Under the pieces are notes generated by a model, which saw only the letters and a list, made by a program, of their open reading frames with translations, did not search any database and was not told the DNA's origin. Positions 55,542 to 64,000 of a stretch of 64,000 bases of DNA are shown in pieces; position 1 is the first letter of the stretch; each line of letters opens with the position of its first letter. The stretch comes from Bythopirellula sp. Its GTDB lineage: Bacteria > Planctomycetota > Planctomycetia > Pirellulales > Lacipirellulaceae. Made by a program: the position numbers and the translations under genes. The stretch spans positions 4,800,001 to 4,864,000 of the forward strand of contig OZ244170.1 of NCBI GenBank assembly GCA_965216565.1. Direction: 5' to 3'.

Positions 55542-57065
55542 TTAACGATTGTTTACCGTGAGCCCTGGCCATTCGTCAGTACGGAATGGTGTGAGCGGCA
55601 GGCCCACTTGGTCGTACATATTGCAACGCGGGTTGTCGGCCCAAGCGTAACGTATAGCCACAGGCTCGGAAACCTTGTCGCTTGAGACGGCGATGCGGTT
55701 GTCCTCTAGGATCTCGGCATCAGCCCAAACGAACTTTTTGTCTTCGCCAGCAATGGCAAAGCCGATTGGCTTCTGAACGTCAAATGGCCGCCAGCCTTGG
55801 TGCACGTGCTTGAAACTGAGTATGGCCTTGCCCTCTTCGACTGACATCGATTCAAACCGGGGACTCTGATACGCAATATCGACCCCGTATTCATTAGCCA
55901 AGGCCCAGCGTGCGAGCCGTTGGCCAACGATCAATTTGTTCCGCGGATGGATGTCTTTGCCTTCGCCAACGTCGATAATCACCGCCTCGCCCGTATTGGG
56001 CAGGCGATCCATCGTCATAGTTTGCGCTTCGCGCAGTTCGGCCCAACCGCTTTCGCTGGGCTGGGGCTTCTCTTGTCCAAAGTCAGCCAACTGCACCCAA
56101 TAAAAAGGAAATTTGCCTTGCTGCCATTTATCACGCCAATTCTGTATCAACATCGGGAACAAGTCGCGATACTGATAAGCTCGTCCGGCATTGGTTTCGC
56201 CCTGATACCAAATGGCTCCTTTAATTCCATAGCCCAGGTGCGAGAGGAGTACTCCATTGTAAATATTGGCAGGCCGATGCTGTCCCTTCATCAGCTTCGT
56301 GAGCTCCTTTAGCTCGCCGCGCTCTTGGTCGCTGAGGTCTGTCTTTTCTGATAATTCGGCGAATCGACTTTCCTTGGTCTTCCAACCCGCCAGCGTTTTT
56401 TCGTACCTCGAATCATTCGCGAGCAATTCGCGGTCGATCCAAGCATCGGCTGCCGAACCGCCCCAGGCGTTGTTCACTAGCCCAATTGGTACATCTAGAG
56501 TCTGGTGGAGTTGACGCCCAAAAAAGTAGCCCACGGCAGAGAACCATTCGACCGAGTTTGGGGAACAAGGCATCCAGTTGGCCTTATCGTGAGTCCAGAT
56601 TGGCTGCTGGCTTCCGACGTTGGGGAAATTGATCATGCGGATCTGAGGATAGTTGGCTGCCGCGATCACGAGGTCGGCATCGTTGACGTTGCTTACGGAC
56701 CATTGCATGTTCGATTGGCCGGAGCATATCCAGACCTCCCCGACAAGCACGTCTTGAATACTTATCTCGTTACTGTCTGATTGAATAAGAATTTCGTGAG
56801 GGCCACCGGCTGGCAAAGCGGCGAGCATCACGTGCCAGTTACCTGCGTCATCGGCAGTCGCTTTCTGAGACTGGTCTTGGATCTTTACAGTGACTTTTTC
56901 ACCTGGTTCTGCCCGACCCCAGACTTTGTTTTCCTGGTCTCGTTGCAAGACCATGTGGTCGCTGAAGATATTGGGAACCGAAACCGCTGCCTGGGAGTCC
57001 AAACCTAGGCAAAAAAAGAGCATTCCTCCGGAAATTGTCGCGATGAGCAGGTCTCTAAACTTCAT
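55542..57065 (-). CDS. Sialate O-acetylesterase (SGNH/SASA), exported
   Basis: FSDHMVLQR, GEVWICSGQSNM, WYQGE, DIHP and RYAW motifs; AGGAG RBS. Confidence 0.93.
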   Translation of the reverse strand: MKFRDLLIATISGGMLFFCLGLDSQAAVSVPNIFSDHMVLQRDQENKVWGRAEPGEKVTVKIQDQSQKATADDAGNWHVMLAALPAGGPHEILIQSDSNEISIQDVLVGEVWICSGQSNMQWSVSNVNDADLVIAAANYPQIRMINFPNVGSQQPIWTHDKANWMPCSPNSVEWFSAVGYFFGRQLHQTLDVPIGLVNNAWGGSAADAWIDRELLANDSRYEKTLAGWKTKESRFAELSEKTDLSDQERGELKELTKLMKGQHRPANIYNGVLLSHLGYGIKGAIWYQGETNAGRAYQYRDLFPMLIQNWRDKWQQGKFPFYWVQLADFGQEKPQPSESGWAELREAQTMTMDRLPNTGEAVIIDVGEGKDIHPRNKLIVGQRLARWALANEYGVDIAYQSPRFESMSVEEGKAILSFKHVHQGWRPFDVQKPIGFAIAGEDKKFVWADAEILEDNRIAVSSDKVSEPVAIRYAWADNPRCNMYDQVGLPLTPFRTDEWPGLTVNNR

Positions 57066-57286
57066 CTATTTACTCCTGTATCCCTTAGAGGCTGATGGCA
57101 ATTATCATTCGTGAGGTACGAGGTTGCGGCCTATCCTACCAATCGCGGCCTAAGACTCCCAGATGCGGTAGAAACAGTTACGGGAGAAAAATCGAAACTT
57201 GGCCCTACGCTAAGGGTTAGAATCATAGGATAAGACATTCCGATCGGACTTCGGTTGATGGGTTTAGAAACTGGATAATTGACTTC

Positions 57287-58906
57287 ATGCGATTTGCAAT
57301 ACTGATACTAACGGCATTCATGACTTCAGCAGTTGGTGCCTACGCGCAGACGAGTTCCAGCTATGTCTCCCAACCGCAGGAAGTAGCTCAGCGGCTAGAT
57401 GCCTCGCTAGCGGGTGAAGTCTTTGAAGAAGAGACCCAACTCGCACCAATCAGCAGCGATGAGGAATTCCTGCGTCGCATCTGGTTAGACATCGCTGGCG
57501 ATATCCCTGCGCCCGAGGAAGCGATCTCCTTTTTGCTCGATCCTTCCCCCAATAAACGCCACGACTTGATCACGAAACTATTGGCGAGCCGTGCCTACGG
57601 TCAGAATTGGGCGCGTTACTGGAAGGACGTCGTTTTCTATCGTGCAGTCGATGATCGTGCACGCATTGCCTCGCTAGCGATGGAAGCCGAACTCACGCGG
57701 CGATTCAACGACAACGAGCCCTGGGATAAGATCGCGTCCCGATTTATCAATACTCGGGGGGACGTTCTGGAAAATGGGACTACCGCGATTGTCATGGCCC
57801 AGGATGCCAGGACTGAAGAGACGGCGGCCGAGGTATCGCGGATTTTCTTAGGAATCCAAATCCAATGCGCTCAGTGCCACGATCATCCGTACGATCGGTG
57901 GCAGCGGGAACAGTTTCACGAGCTGGCGGCCTTCTTTCCGCGAGTTGGTGTGAGGCAAGTTCGCGAAGTCACCCGTCGCAGTTTTCTGGTCTACGCCAAC
58001 GACAAGCCAAGCCGCAAACGTCCGAAAGACAACAATAACCGACCTCAGTCGGAACATTTTATGCCCGATCTGGAGGATCCCTCCGCAAAAGGCAAGAAGA
58101 TGCAACCACGCTTCTTTCTTACCGGAGCCAAAGTACCGCTGGGTACGCGCGATTCACGGCGGCGTGGTCAACTCGCCACGTGGCTGACATCGAATGAGTG
58201 GTTCAGCATTGCCTTGGTGAATCGGATGTGGGCAGAGTTAGTGGGAGAAGGGTTCTACGAATCGGTCGACGACATTGGCCCCGATCGCATTGCTTCGGCC
58301 CCGGGGACGATTGGCATTTTATCGAATGAGTTTCGCCGCAACGGGCACAATTTGAAGTGGCTGATAGAAACCATTTGCCTTACCGATGCTTATCAACGCC
58401 AAGCCAGGCCCCGGCGTGGCCCAACAGACACGCCTTTCACGGCGAATGTCCCTCAACGTCTGCGGAGCGATCAGCTGCTCAACTCGATTTATACCGCTTT
58501 GGAAGAGACTGAAAACGATGCTGAGGGTACCTCTTCCGCATATGGTCAAAACCGCCTATTCCGCACGCGCCGCGAGTTTGCAGACGTATTTGGTTACGAT
58601 CCAAGCATCTCGCGGGAAGAAGTCGGTACCTCAATTCCACAAATCTTGGCTCTGATGAATTCCTCGCGATTGGAAAGATTAGTTGGCTCAGGAAAATCGA
58701 GTTCATTGAAGAAGTTACTTGGCTCTATTCCAGACGACGAGCAGTTGACAGTGGACATCTACCTCCGGTGGCTAAGTCGGCAACCTAGTAACGAGGAACT
58801 ACAGAGTGTACTTGCCTATCGTAAAAAGGTTGACAAGCGCGAAGCCGCGTTCGTCGATTTGCAGTGGGCAATTTTGAATTCCGCGGAATTCCAACATCGG
58901 CCTTAA
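57287..58906 (+). CDS. DUF1549/DUF1553 planctomycete exported protein with a CxxCH motif
   Basis: Signal peptide; FLRRIWLD, QCAQCHDHP, VNRMWAEL and DLQWAILNSAEF motifs. Confidence 0.9.
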   Translation: MRFAILILTAFMTSAVGAYAQTSSSYVSQPQEVAQRLDASLAGEVFEEETQLAPISSDEEFLRRIWLDIAGDIPAPEEAISFLLDPSPNKRHDLITKLLASRAYGQNWARYWKDVVFYRAVDDRARIASLAMEAELTRRFNDNEPWDKIASRFINTRGDVLENGTTAIVMAQDARTEETAAEVSRIFLGIQIQCAQCHDHPYDRWQREQFHELAAFFPRVGVRQVREVTRRSFLVYANDKPSRKRPKDNNNRPQSEHFMPDLEDPSAKGKKMQPRFFLTGAKVPLGTRDSRRRGQLATWLTSNEWFSIALVNRMWAELVGEGFYESVDDIGPDRIASAPGTIGILSNEFRRNGHNLKWLIETICLTDAYQRQARPRRGPTDTPFTANVPQRLRSDQLLNSIYTALEETENDAEGTSSAYGQNRLFRTRREFADVFGYDPSISREEVGTSIPQILALMNSSRLERLVGSGKSSSLKKLLGSIPDDEQLTVDIYLRWLSRQPSNEELQSVLAYRKKVDKREAAFVDLQWAILNSAEFQHRP

Positions 58907-58964
58907 AAACAACTGTTCGCATAGAAGAAAATTCTACGGCAATTCGCACCTGCGAGAAGTAGCT

Positions 58965-60266
58965 ATGACAGAGAAACTACGACATCACACCTCACTATCA
59001 CTGCAGCGTGGCCAGTTGGTAGGCAGACGCGACTTTCTTCGCAGCGTCTCTGCGGCAGGATTGGCCGCGGGGTGTTTGAACTGGACCGATGTAATCAGCG
59101 CTTCGGCCGACGAGCTGCGAGATCGCGGCATGGCTTGCATTTTACTTTGGATGCAGGGCGGACCGTCGCAGTTTGAAACGTTCAGCCCCCTGCCCGACCA
59201 CGCCAATGGTGGAGAGACAAAAGCGATTTCTACGAGCGTGCCTGGCATACAAATTGCCGAACATCTGCCGCATTGTGCCAAGGTAGCGGACGAGATGGCA
59301 ATCATCCGTTCGATGACAAGTAAGGAAGGCAACCATCAACGCGCCACCTACTTTTTGCATCACGGATATTTGCCGATGGGAGGCGTCCAGTTCCCTACGC
59401 TTGGTGCGAATGTAGCACAACAAATTGGTGATGCGACTGCTGAGTTGCCCAGTTACGTGCGGATTGGAGGACGCTTGGCCAACGCGGGTGGTGGTGGGTT
59501 CCTGGGTGTGGAATTCGATCCACTGGAGTTGCGAAACGCGAATCGTCCTCCAGAAAACTCCCAACTCCGCACAGGCCGCAGTCGCTACGATCGCCGGCTA
59601 AAGCTACTCGGCAAACTCGACAAAGGCTATTCAAAAAGGGCCGGGGCCCAAGTGGTCGAGGACCAACAACAGCTCATGAAGCAGGCTTCGAATATGATTC
59701 TGAGCCCTCAGATGGATACATTTGATTTGAAAAAGGAATCACCAGCCGCTAAGGCTGCTTACGGCAAAGGCAATTTCGCGTCAGGATGTTTGCTGGCCCG
59801 GCGACTGGTCGAGCAAGGCGTTACTTTTGTCGAAGTCGTGTCGAACGGTTGGGATACGCATCAAGATAATTTCGAGCGCACCGCCAACTTGGGCGGACAG
59901 GTCGATCAACCTACAGCGGCACTGATCGAGGATCTCAAGCAGCGAGGGATGCTCGACAAGACGCTTGTGGTGTGGATGGGCGAGTTTGGCCGCACGCCTA
60001 GAATCAATCCTCGCGCCGGTCGCGATCATTTCCCGAGAGCTTTTAATGCAATGCTGGCGGGCGGCGGTGTACGGGGTGGACAGGTAATCGGCCAGACAGA
60101 TCCTACCGGCACCAAGGTCGTCGAGCGTCCGGTGACTGTCCACGACTTGTTCCGCACCATTTACCATACTCTGGGAATTGATGCCGACGTGGAAAACTAT
60201 AGCCGGATCGGTCGACCTATCAAATTGGTTGATGGCGGCGAAGTTGTGCACGAGATACTAGGATAA
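58965..60266 (+). CDS. DUF1501 family protein, Tat-exported
   Basis: GRRDFL signal; LWMQGGPSQFETF, GWDTH, GEFGRTP and GRDH motifs. Confidence 0.92.
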   Translation: MTEKLRHHTSLSLQRGQLVGRRDFLRSVSAAGLAAGCLNWTDVISASADELRDRGMACILLWMQGGPSQFETFSPLPDHANGGETKAISTSVPGIQIAEHLPHCAKVADEMAIIRSMTSKEGNHQRATYFLHHGYLPMGGVQFPTLGANVAQQIGDATAELPSYVRIGGRLANAGGGGFLGVEFDPLELRNANRPPENSQLRTGRSRYDRRLKLLGKLDKGYSKRAGAQVVEDQQQLMKQASNMILSPQMDTFDLKKESPAAKAAYGKGNFASGCLLARRLVEQGVTFVEVVSNGWDTHQDNFERTANLGGQVDQPTAALIEDLKQRGMLDKTLVVWMGEFGRTPRINPRAGRDHFPRAFNAMLAGGGVRGGQVIGQTDPTGTKVVERPVTVHDLFRTIYHTLGIDADVENYSRIGRPIKLVDGGEVVHEILG

Positions 60267-60316
60267 ATCAGGCACACCGCTTGAGTTTGTCTGCCTCGAG
60301 TCGGAAGGAGTTCGCT

Positions 60317-60970
60317 ATGGATCGTGACCTCGCGCGACGTCAGTTTCTTAGAAGCGCAGCCCTTTGTGCAACATCGTGGACTGTGCCCGGTGCGTTTGCT
60401 GAGGAGTTGGCACGAACCGTCCAGCAAACGGAAGGTCCTTTCTACCCGGATCACTTGCCGCTAGACACCGATAACGATCTGCTCGTGATTAACGATAAGA
60501 TCACACCGGCGGTGGGAGAGATTACGCATCTATCCGGGCGGGTACTTAGTCTAAGCGGCGAACCGCTGCGCAATGCAGTGGTGGAGATTTGGCAGGTGGA
60601 TAACCAAGGTTCTTATTTGCATAGCGAGAGCGCACGTCGCGGCAACTACGACACAAACTTCCAAGGATTTGGGCGATTCCTGACCAACGCCAAAGGCGAG
60701 TATTATTTCCGTACGATCAAACCGGTGGCCTATGGCGGACGGACGCCACACATACATTTTGCTGTGAATCGAGGCAGCAAGCGAATTCTCACGACCCAGT
60801 GTTACGTGAAGGGCGAAAAGCAAAACGCGCGAGATGGTATCCTGAATCGTATTCGCGACAAACGGTTGCGTGATACAGTGATTGTCGAGTTTGCGCCAGT
60901 TCCTAAATCGCGAAACAAGGAACTATCCGCAACCTTCAATCTAGTCGTGGGCCGTACACCAGCGGCTTAG
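60317..60970 (+). CDS. Intradiol ring-cleavage dioxygenase-like protein, Tat-exported
   Basis: ARRQFL signal; TEGPFYP, VEIWQ, GSY, FRTIKPVAY and RTPHIH (Tyr/Tyr/His/His Fe ligands); AAGGAG RBS. Confidence 0.9.
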   Translation: MDRDLARRQFLRSAALCATSWTVPGAFAEELARTVQQTEGPFYPDHLPLDTDNDLLVINDKITPAVGEITHLSGRVLSLSGEPLRNAVVEIWQVDNQGSYLHSESARRGNYDTNFQGFGRFLTNAKGEYYFRTIKPVAYGGRTPHIHFAVNRGSKRILTTQCYVKGEKQNARDGILNRIRDKRLRDTVIVEFAPVPKSRNKELSATFNLVVGRTPAA

Positions 60971-61034
60971 ACTTCGGATGAGATCGATTAAGTTTCTATC
61001 GCCCCAGCTCAAGCGATGCGGTCTTCACAGGTAA

Positions 61035-61063
61035 TTGCCAGTCGAAGAGCCTGTTACTAGAAT
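61035..61063 (+). promoter_or_regulatory. Sigma-70 promoter of the sulfatase gene
   Basis: TTGCCA-N17-TAGAAT. Confidence 0.65.
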
Positions 61064-61146
61064 AAGCCGTCACACTTTGAATTCATGAGGACCGTCTTTC
61101 AGCGACGCGCCTATTCATTTGTCACTCTCTGACGAAGGCTCTCAAA

Positions 61147-62715
61147 ATGACTCGCAGTCTCCAAACCGCAACTCTTCTGCAAGCGGTTGCATTAATCTGG
61201 TTGGCACCAAATTCTTCACTCGCCAGCAGAGGCCAACCGAACATTTTGTTTATTTTCACTGACGACCATGCCTATCAAGCCGTGGGCGCATACGACTCGA
61301 AACTCAACGAAACTCCTAATATCGATCGTATTGCAAAAAACGGGGTGCGGTTCGATCGATGTTATGTCACTAACTCGATCTGCGGTCCGAGCCGGGCTTG
61401 TATTCTGACGGGAAAATATAGTCACAAGAATGGCTTTTACGAAAACAGCCAAACGTTTGATAACACGCAACTCACTTTTCCCCCACTCATGCAACAGGCC
61501 GGATATCAAACGGCCCTCATTGGAAAGTGGCATCTGGGACGAACAAGCGACCCGCCCGGTTTTGACCATTGGAACATCTTAATGAGCCAAGGCTACTACT
61601 ATCAGCCGAAGTTTCGTTCCCCTTTAGGACAGGTACAGTACTTGGGTTACGCCACAGAACTAATCACGCAGCTTACGCTCGATTGGCTGGAAAAGGGACG
61701 CGACCAGTCGAAACCCTTCATGTTGATGATGCAACACAAAGCACCTCATCGACCCTGGGACCCGGCGCCGGATCGACTTAACGACTACGTCAACAAGAAG
61801 TTCCCCGAGCCCGACACCTTATTTGACGATTACTCCAATCGATCGAAGGCTGCCAAGTTGGCAACCATGCGGATCTCAAATGACATGAATACTACCGGTC
61901 CCGACCTGAAGGCCTGGGACAAATCCGTTGGCGACCAGCCCATCGATAACGGTGCCCGCAATTGGTTCTACAGGAAGATGACTCAGGGACAGCTTAAGGC
62001 TTGGAAGGCTGCCTATTTGGACAAGAATGCGGAATATTACCAGGGCGACCTCGAAGGCAAGGAGCTAGTGCGTTGGAAGTACCAACGCTACCTTCAAGAC
62101 TATCTGAGCTGCGTTGCTTCGGTCGACGACAGCGTGGGGCAGGTCCTCGATTATTTGCAAGAAGCTGGCTTGGCTGAAAATACTATCGTGATCTACAGTT
62201 CCGACCAGGGGTTCTATCTGGGCGAACACGGCTGGTTTGACAAGCGGTTTATGTATGAAGAATCGCTCCGTACTCCGCTCTTAGTCAGTTGGCCGGGAGT
62301 CACGACGGAGAGCACCGTCGACGAGCATATCGTCTCGAATCTCGATTTCGCAGAAACATTCCTGGAAATGGCAGGAGTCGATGTCCCGACTGAGATGCAG
62401 GGACAAAGCCTTGTACCTTTACTGCAAGGCAAGGAGCCCGCGGATTGGCGGGACTCGTTCTATTACCATTACTACGAAGGCTACGACCGGGGCCATAGTG
62501 TTTGCGAACACTATGGAGTCACCAATGGTAGACATAAGCTGATCCACTACTACAAAATCGATGAGTGGGAGTTGTTCGATCTAGAACGCGATCCGCAGGA
62601 AATGACCAGTGTGTACGGGCAGTCGGAGTATGCGGACATTCAGAGCACGATGGAAACGGAATTGAGTCGCTTGCGCGAAGAGCTAGAAGTGACGAGCAAC
62701 GATCCCGTGGAGTGA
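61147..62715 (+). CDS. Formylglycine-dependent (S1) sulfatase, exported
   Basis: PNILFIFTDD, CGPSRACILTG, GKWH, KAPH, SDQG and DKR motifs. Confidence 0.95.
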   Translation: MTRSLQTATLLQAVALIWLAPNSSLASRGQPNILFIFTDDHAYQAVGAYDSKLNETPNIDRIAKNGVRFDRCYVTNSICGPSRACILTGKYSHKNGFYENSQTFDNTQLTFPPLMQQAGYQTALIGKWHLGRTSDPPGFDHWNILMSQGYYYQPKFRSPLGQVQYLGYATELITQLTLDWLEKGRDQSKPFMLMMQHKAPHRPWDPAPDRLNDYVNKKFPEPDTLFDDYSNRSKAAKLATMRISNDMNTTGPDLKAWDKSVGDQPIDNGARNWFYRKMTQGQLKAWKAAYLDKNAEYYQGDLEGKELVRWKYQRYLQDYLSCVASVDDSVGQVLDYLQEAGLAENTIVIYSSDQGFYLGEHGWFDKRFMYEESLRTPLLVSWPGVTTESTVDEHIVSNLDFAETFLEMAGVDVPTEMQGQSLVPLLQGKEPADWRDSFYYHYYEGYDRGHSVCEHYGVTNGRHKLIHYYKIDEWELFDLERDPQEMTSVYGQSEYADIQSTMETELSRLREELEVTSNDPVE

Positions 62716-62731
62716 TTGTGCAGGCTTTTTC

Positions 62732-64000
62732 TTAACGACTCGAAAGGCGTTCAAACTGGAGTCTTTCGACTGCGACTTTGGCGGCGGGATGCTCCATGAA
62801 TAGCTTCCAGATGAGGCCACTGCGAGCATTTTCGATCGCCAGCAGCATCGGACCTTCGTCAATACTTATGTAGTCGGGTGTACCTTGGTTCTCGGCACGA
62901 TCAAGGTTGAAGCTGTCGAGCAGCCCGTAGCCTCCATCGCTAGGATCACGCCACACTACGTAGTTGCCGTTGGCATCCTTTAGATTCCGGAACTCCCGCA
63001 GAGCCGCTATCGCCTGTTCTGGTATAAACATGATGGCCGACCCGGCAGCATAGGGCGTGACCGTACCGCCGCAAAAATTATCTGTCCCTTCCAAACTGGG
63101 CTTAATGGATTGCACGACGTAGCTCATCTTTCCTTCGGCATTAAGATCCGCAGCGGGACTCATGCCCCAGCGATTTTCTGCGAAGGTTTTGAATTGATCT
63201 ACGGATTCCAAACAACGTTGCCGATGGGTGACCATCGCCCGTCGGGAGTTTTCCCACCAATCGACGCGTGGCTGATTGACTTCAAAGCGCTGTGGTTCGT
63301 CGGCGCCAAAGGCTCCGTAGTCGATCCAACAATGACTAAAGAAGTAAGTGAACGCGGGGCTCGCCCAGGACACAACGAAGGGCTCTAGATTCTTGTGGCG
63401 TTTCACCGTCCGCTTAAGCTTGTAGTACATTTCGGGTGGCACCGCATGTTCCGGATTGGGCGAACCCACCGCAAGAAAATAGACAAGGCGTTCTTCATCG
63501 CTCGCGTTGTACCAAGTCCACGGCCGGAAAGCTCCTTCTGCATTCACATCTCTGCGCATATTCTCAGGACGCCATCCGAATGAAATGTAGTTATCAGGTT
63601 CGGTTTGGAAGACTTTCCAGTTGGCTTCCTCGACCAACTGCTCTGTCAGCTCAGCGGTTTGTCCGCCAAAGTAGCTAGCCACGGTCATTGCACCGGCTTG
63701 CAGAAGCGCATGATCGACGGTGCTGGCTTGCACCTGCATGCCCTCGGCATTGTGCATGCCGCCATTATTGAGATCGACGTAGTGCAGGTAGATTCCAAAC
63801 TTCTTATTGTCCGACCTGGGTACAATGGCTTGCAGAATCTCTTCGGCCCGTTGCCGCCCTAGTTCGCGACTAATCCACCCACGTTCGACGCCTATCGGAA
63901 TCGCAGAGAGTTGAAAACCAACACCAGCTAGGCTCGAAACACGATCGTCAGTTAGACGATCCATCACAAGTGGAACGGGTGAGCCCACTTCTTCCCAGAG
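62732..64000 (-). CDS. GH144-like (glucoamylase-family) glycoside hydrolase, 5' end outside the window
   Basis: SSLAGVGFQL, STVDHALL, FTYFFSHCWID, GTVTP, YGLLDSFN and SIDEGPMLLAIEN motifs; frame stays open to the window edge. Confidence 0.85.
   Translation of the reverse strand, partial: LWEEVGSPVPLVMDRLTDDRVSSLAGVGFQLSAIPIGVERGWISRELGRQRAEEILQAIVPRSDNKKFGIYLHYVDLNNGGMHNAEGMQVQASTVDHALLQAGAMTVASYFGGQTAELTEQLVEEANWKVFQTEPDNYISFGWRPENMRRDVNAEGAFRPWTWYNASDEERLVYFLAVGSPNPEHAVPPEMYYKLKRTVKRHKNLEPFVVSWASPAFTYFFSHCWIDYGAFGADEPQRFEVNQPRVDWWENSRRAMVTHRQRCLESVDQFKTFAENRWGMSPAADLNAEGKMSYVVQSIKPSLEGTDNFCGGTVTPYAAGSAIMFIPEQAIAALREFRNLKDANGNYVVWRDPSDGGYGLLDSFNLDRAENQGTPDYISIDEGPMLLAIENARSGLIWKLFMEHPAAKVAVERLQFERLSSR

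Noticed and set aside
57093..57107. Fur-box-like TGATGGCAATTATCA
   Set aside because: Only one half-site is good; equally explained as the -10 element (GATAAT) of the minus-strand esterase promoter
1..64000. rRNA, tRNA, CRISPR arrays, IS elements, prophage or defence genes
   Set aside because: None recognised by eye; a tRNAscan/Rfam/CRISPR scan would be needed to exclude short RNAs formally

Overview
A 64-kb chromosomal window from a planctomycete, probably Pirellulales. This is inferred from two DUF1549/DUF1553 + DUF1501 gene pairs, a sulfatase, many Tat/Sec-exported proteins and a kinase-linked ECF sigma factor. All calls come from reading motifs; no database search was run. About 54 CDSs are supported, and no rRNA, tRNA, CRISPR array, transposase or integrase was seen. 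Main blocks: (1) about 6.9-27.9 kb, a Wzx/Wzy-type surface-polysaccharide locus with three sulfotransferases, two acetyltransferases, a methyltransferase, a VOC-FkbH-ACP-GNAT-deacetylase cassette and a plant-like GDP-mannose 3,5-epimerase; (2) 28.6-30.1 kb, two exported His-rich metal-binding proteins; (3) 30.4-37.0 kb, a six-gene signalling module (signal-anchored PspA-like coiled-coil protein, FHA-like protein, polytopic Ser/Thr kinase, membrane protein, ECF sigma, zinc anti-sigma); (4) 37-42 kb, Nif3, GT2, BshC-like ligase and Eis-like GNAT; (5) 44.8-64 kb, catabolic and uptake genes (Ntn acylase, sugar ABC transporter, PhoX, FMN reductases, sialate O-acetylesterase, intradiol dioxygenase, sulfatase, partial GH144). 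Intergenic DNA holds two palindromic repeat families, several clear promoters, an 11-bp tandem repeat and a candidate structured RNA upstream of phoX. The best candidates for undescribed systems are the PspA-like/kinase/ECF module, the glyceryl-ACP glycan-decoration cassette and the GT2/BshC-like pair. All three are hypotheses.
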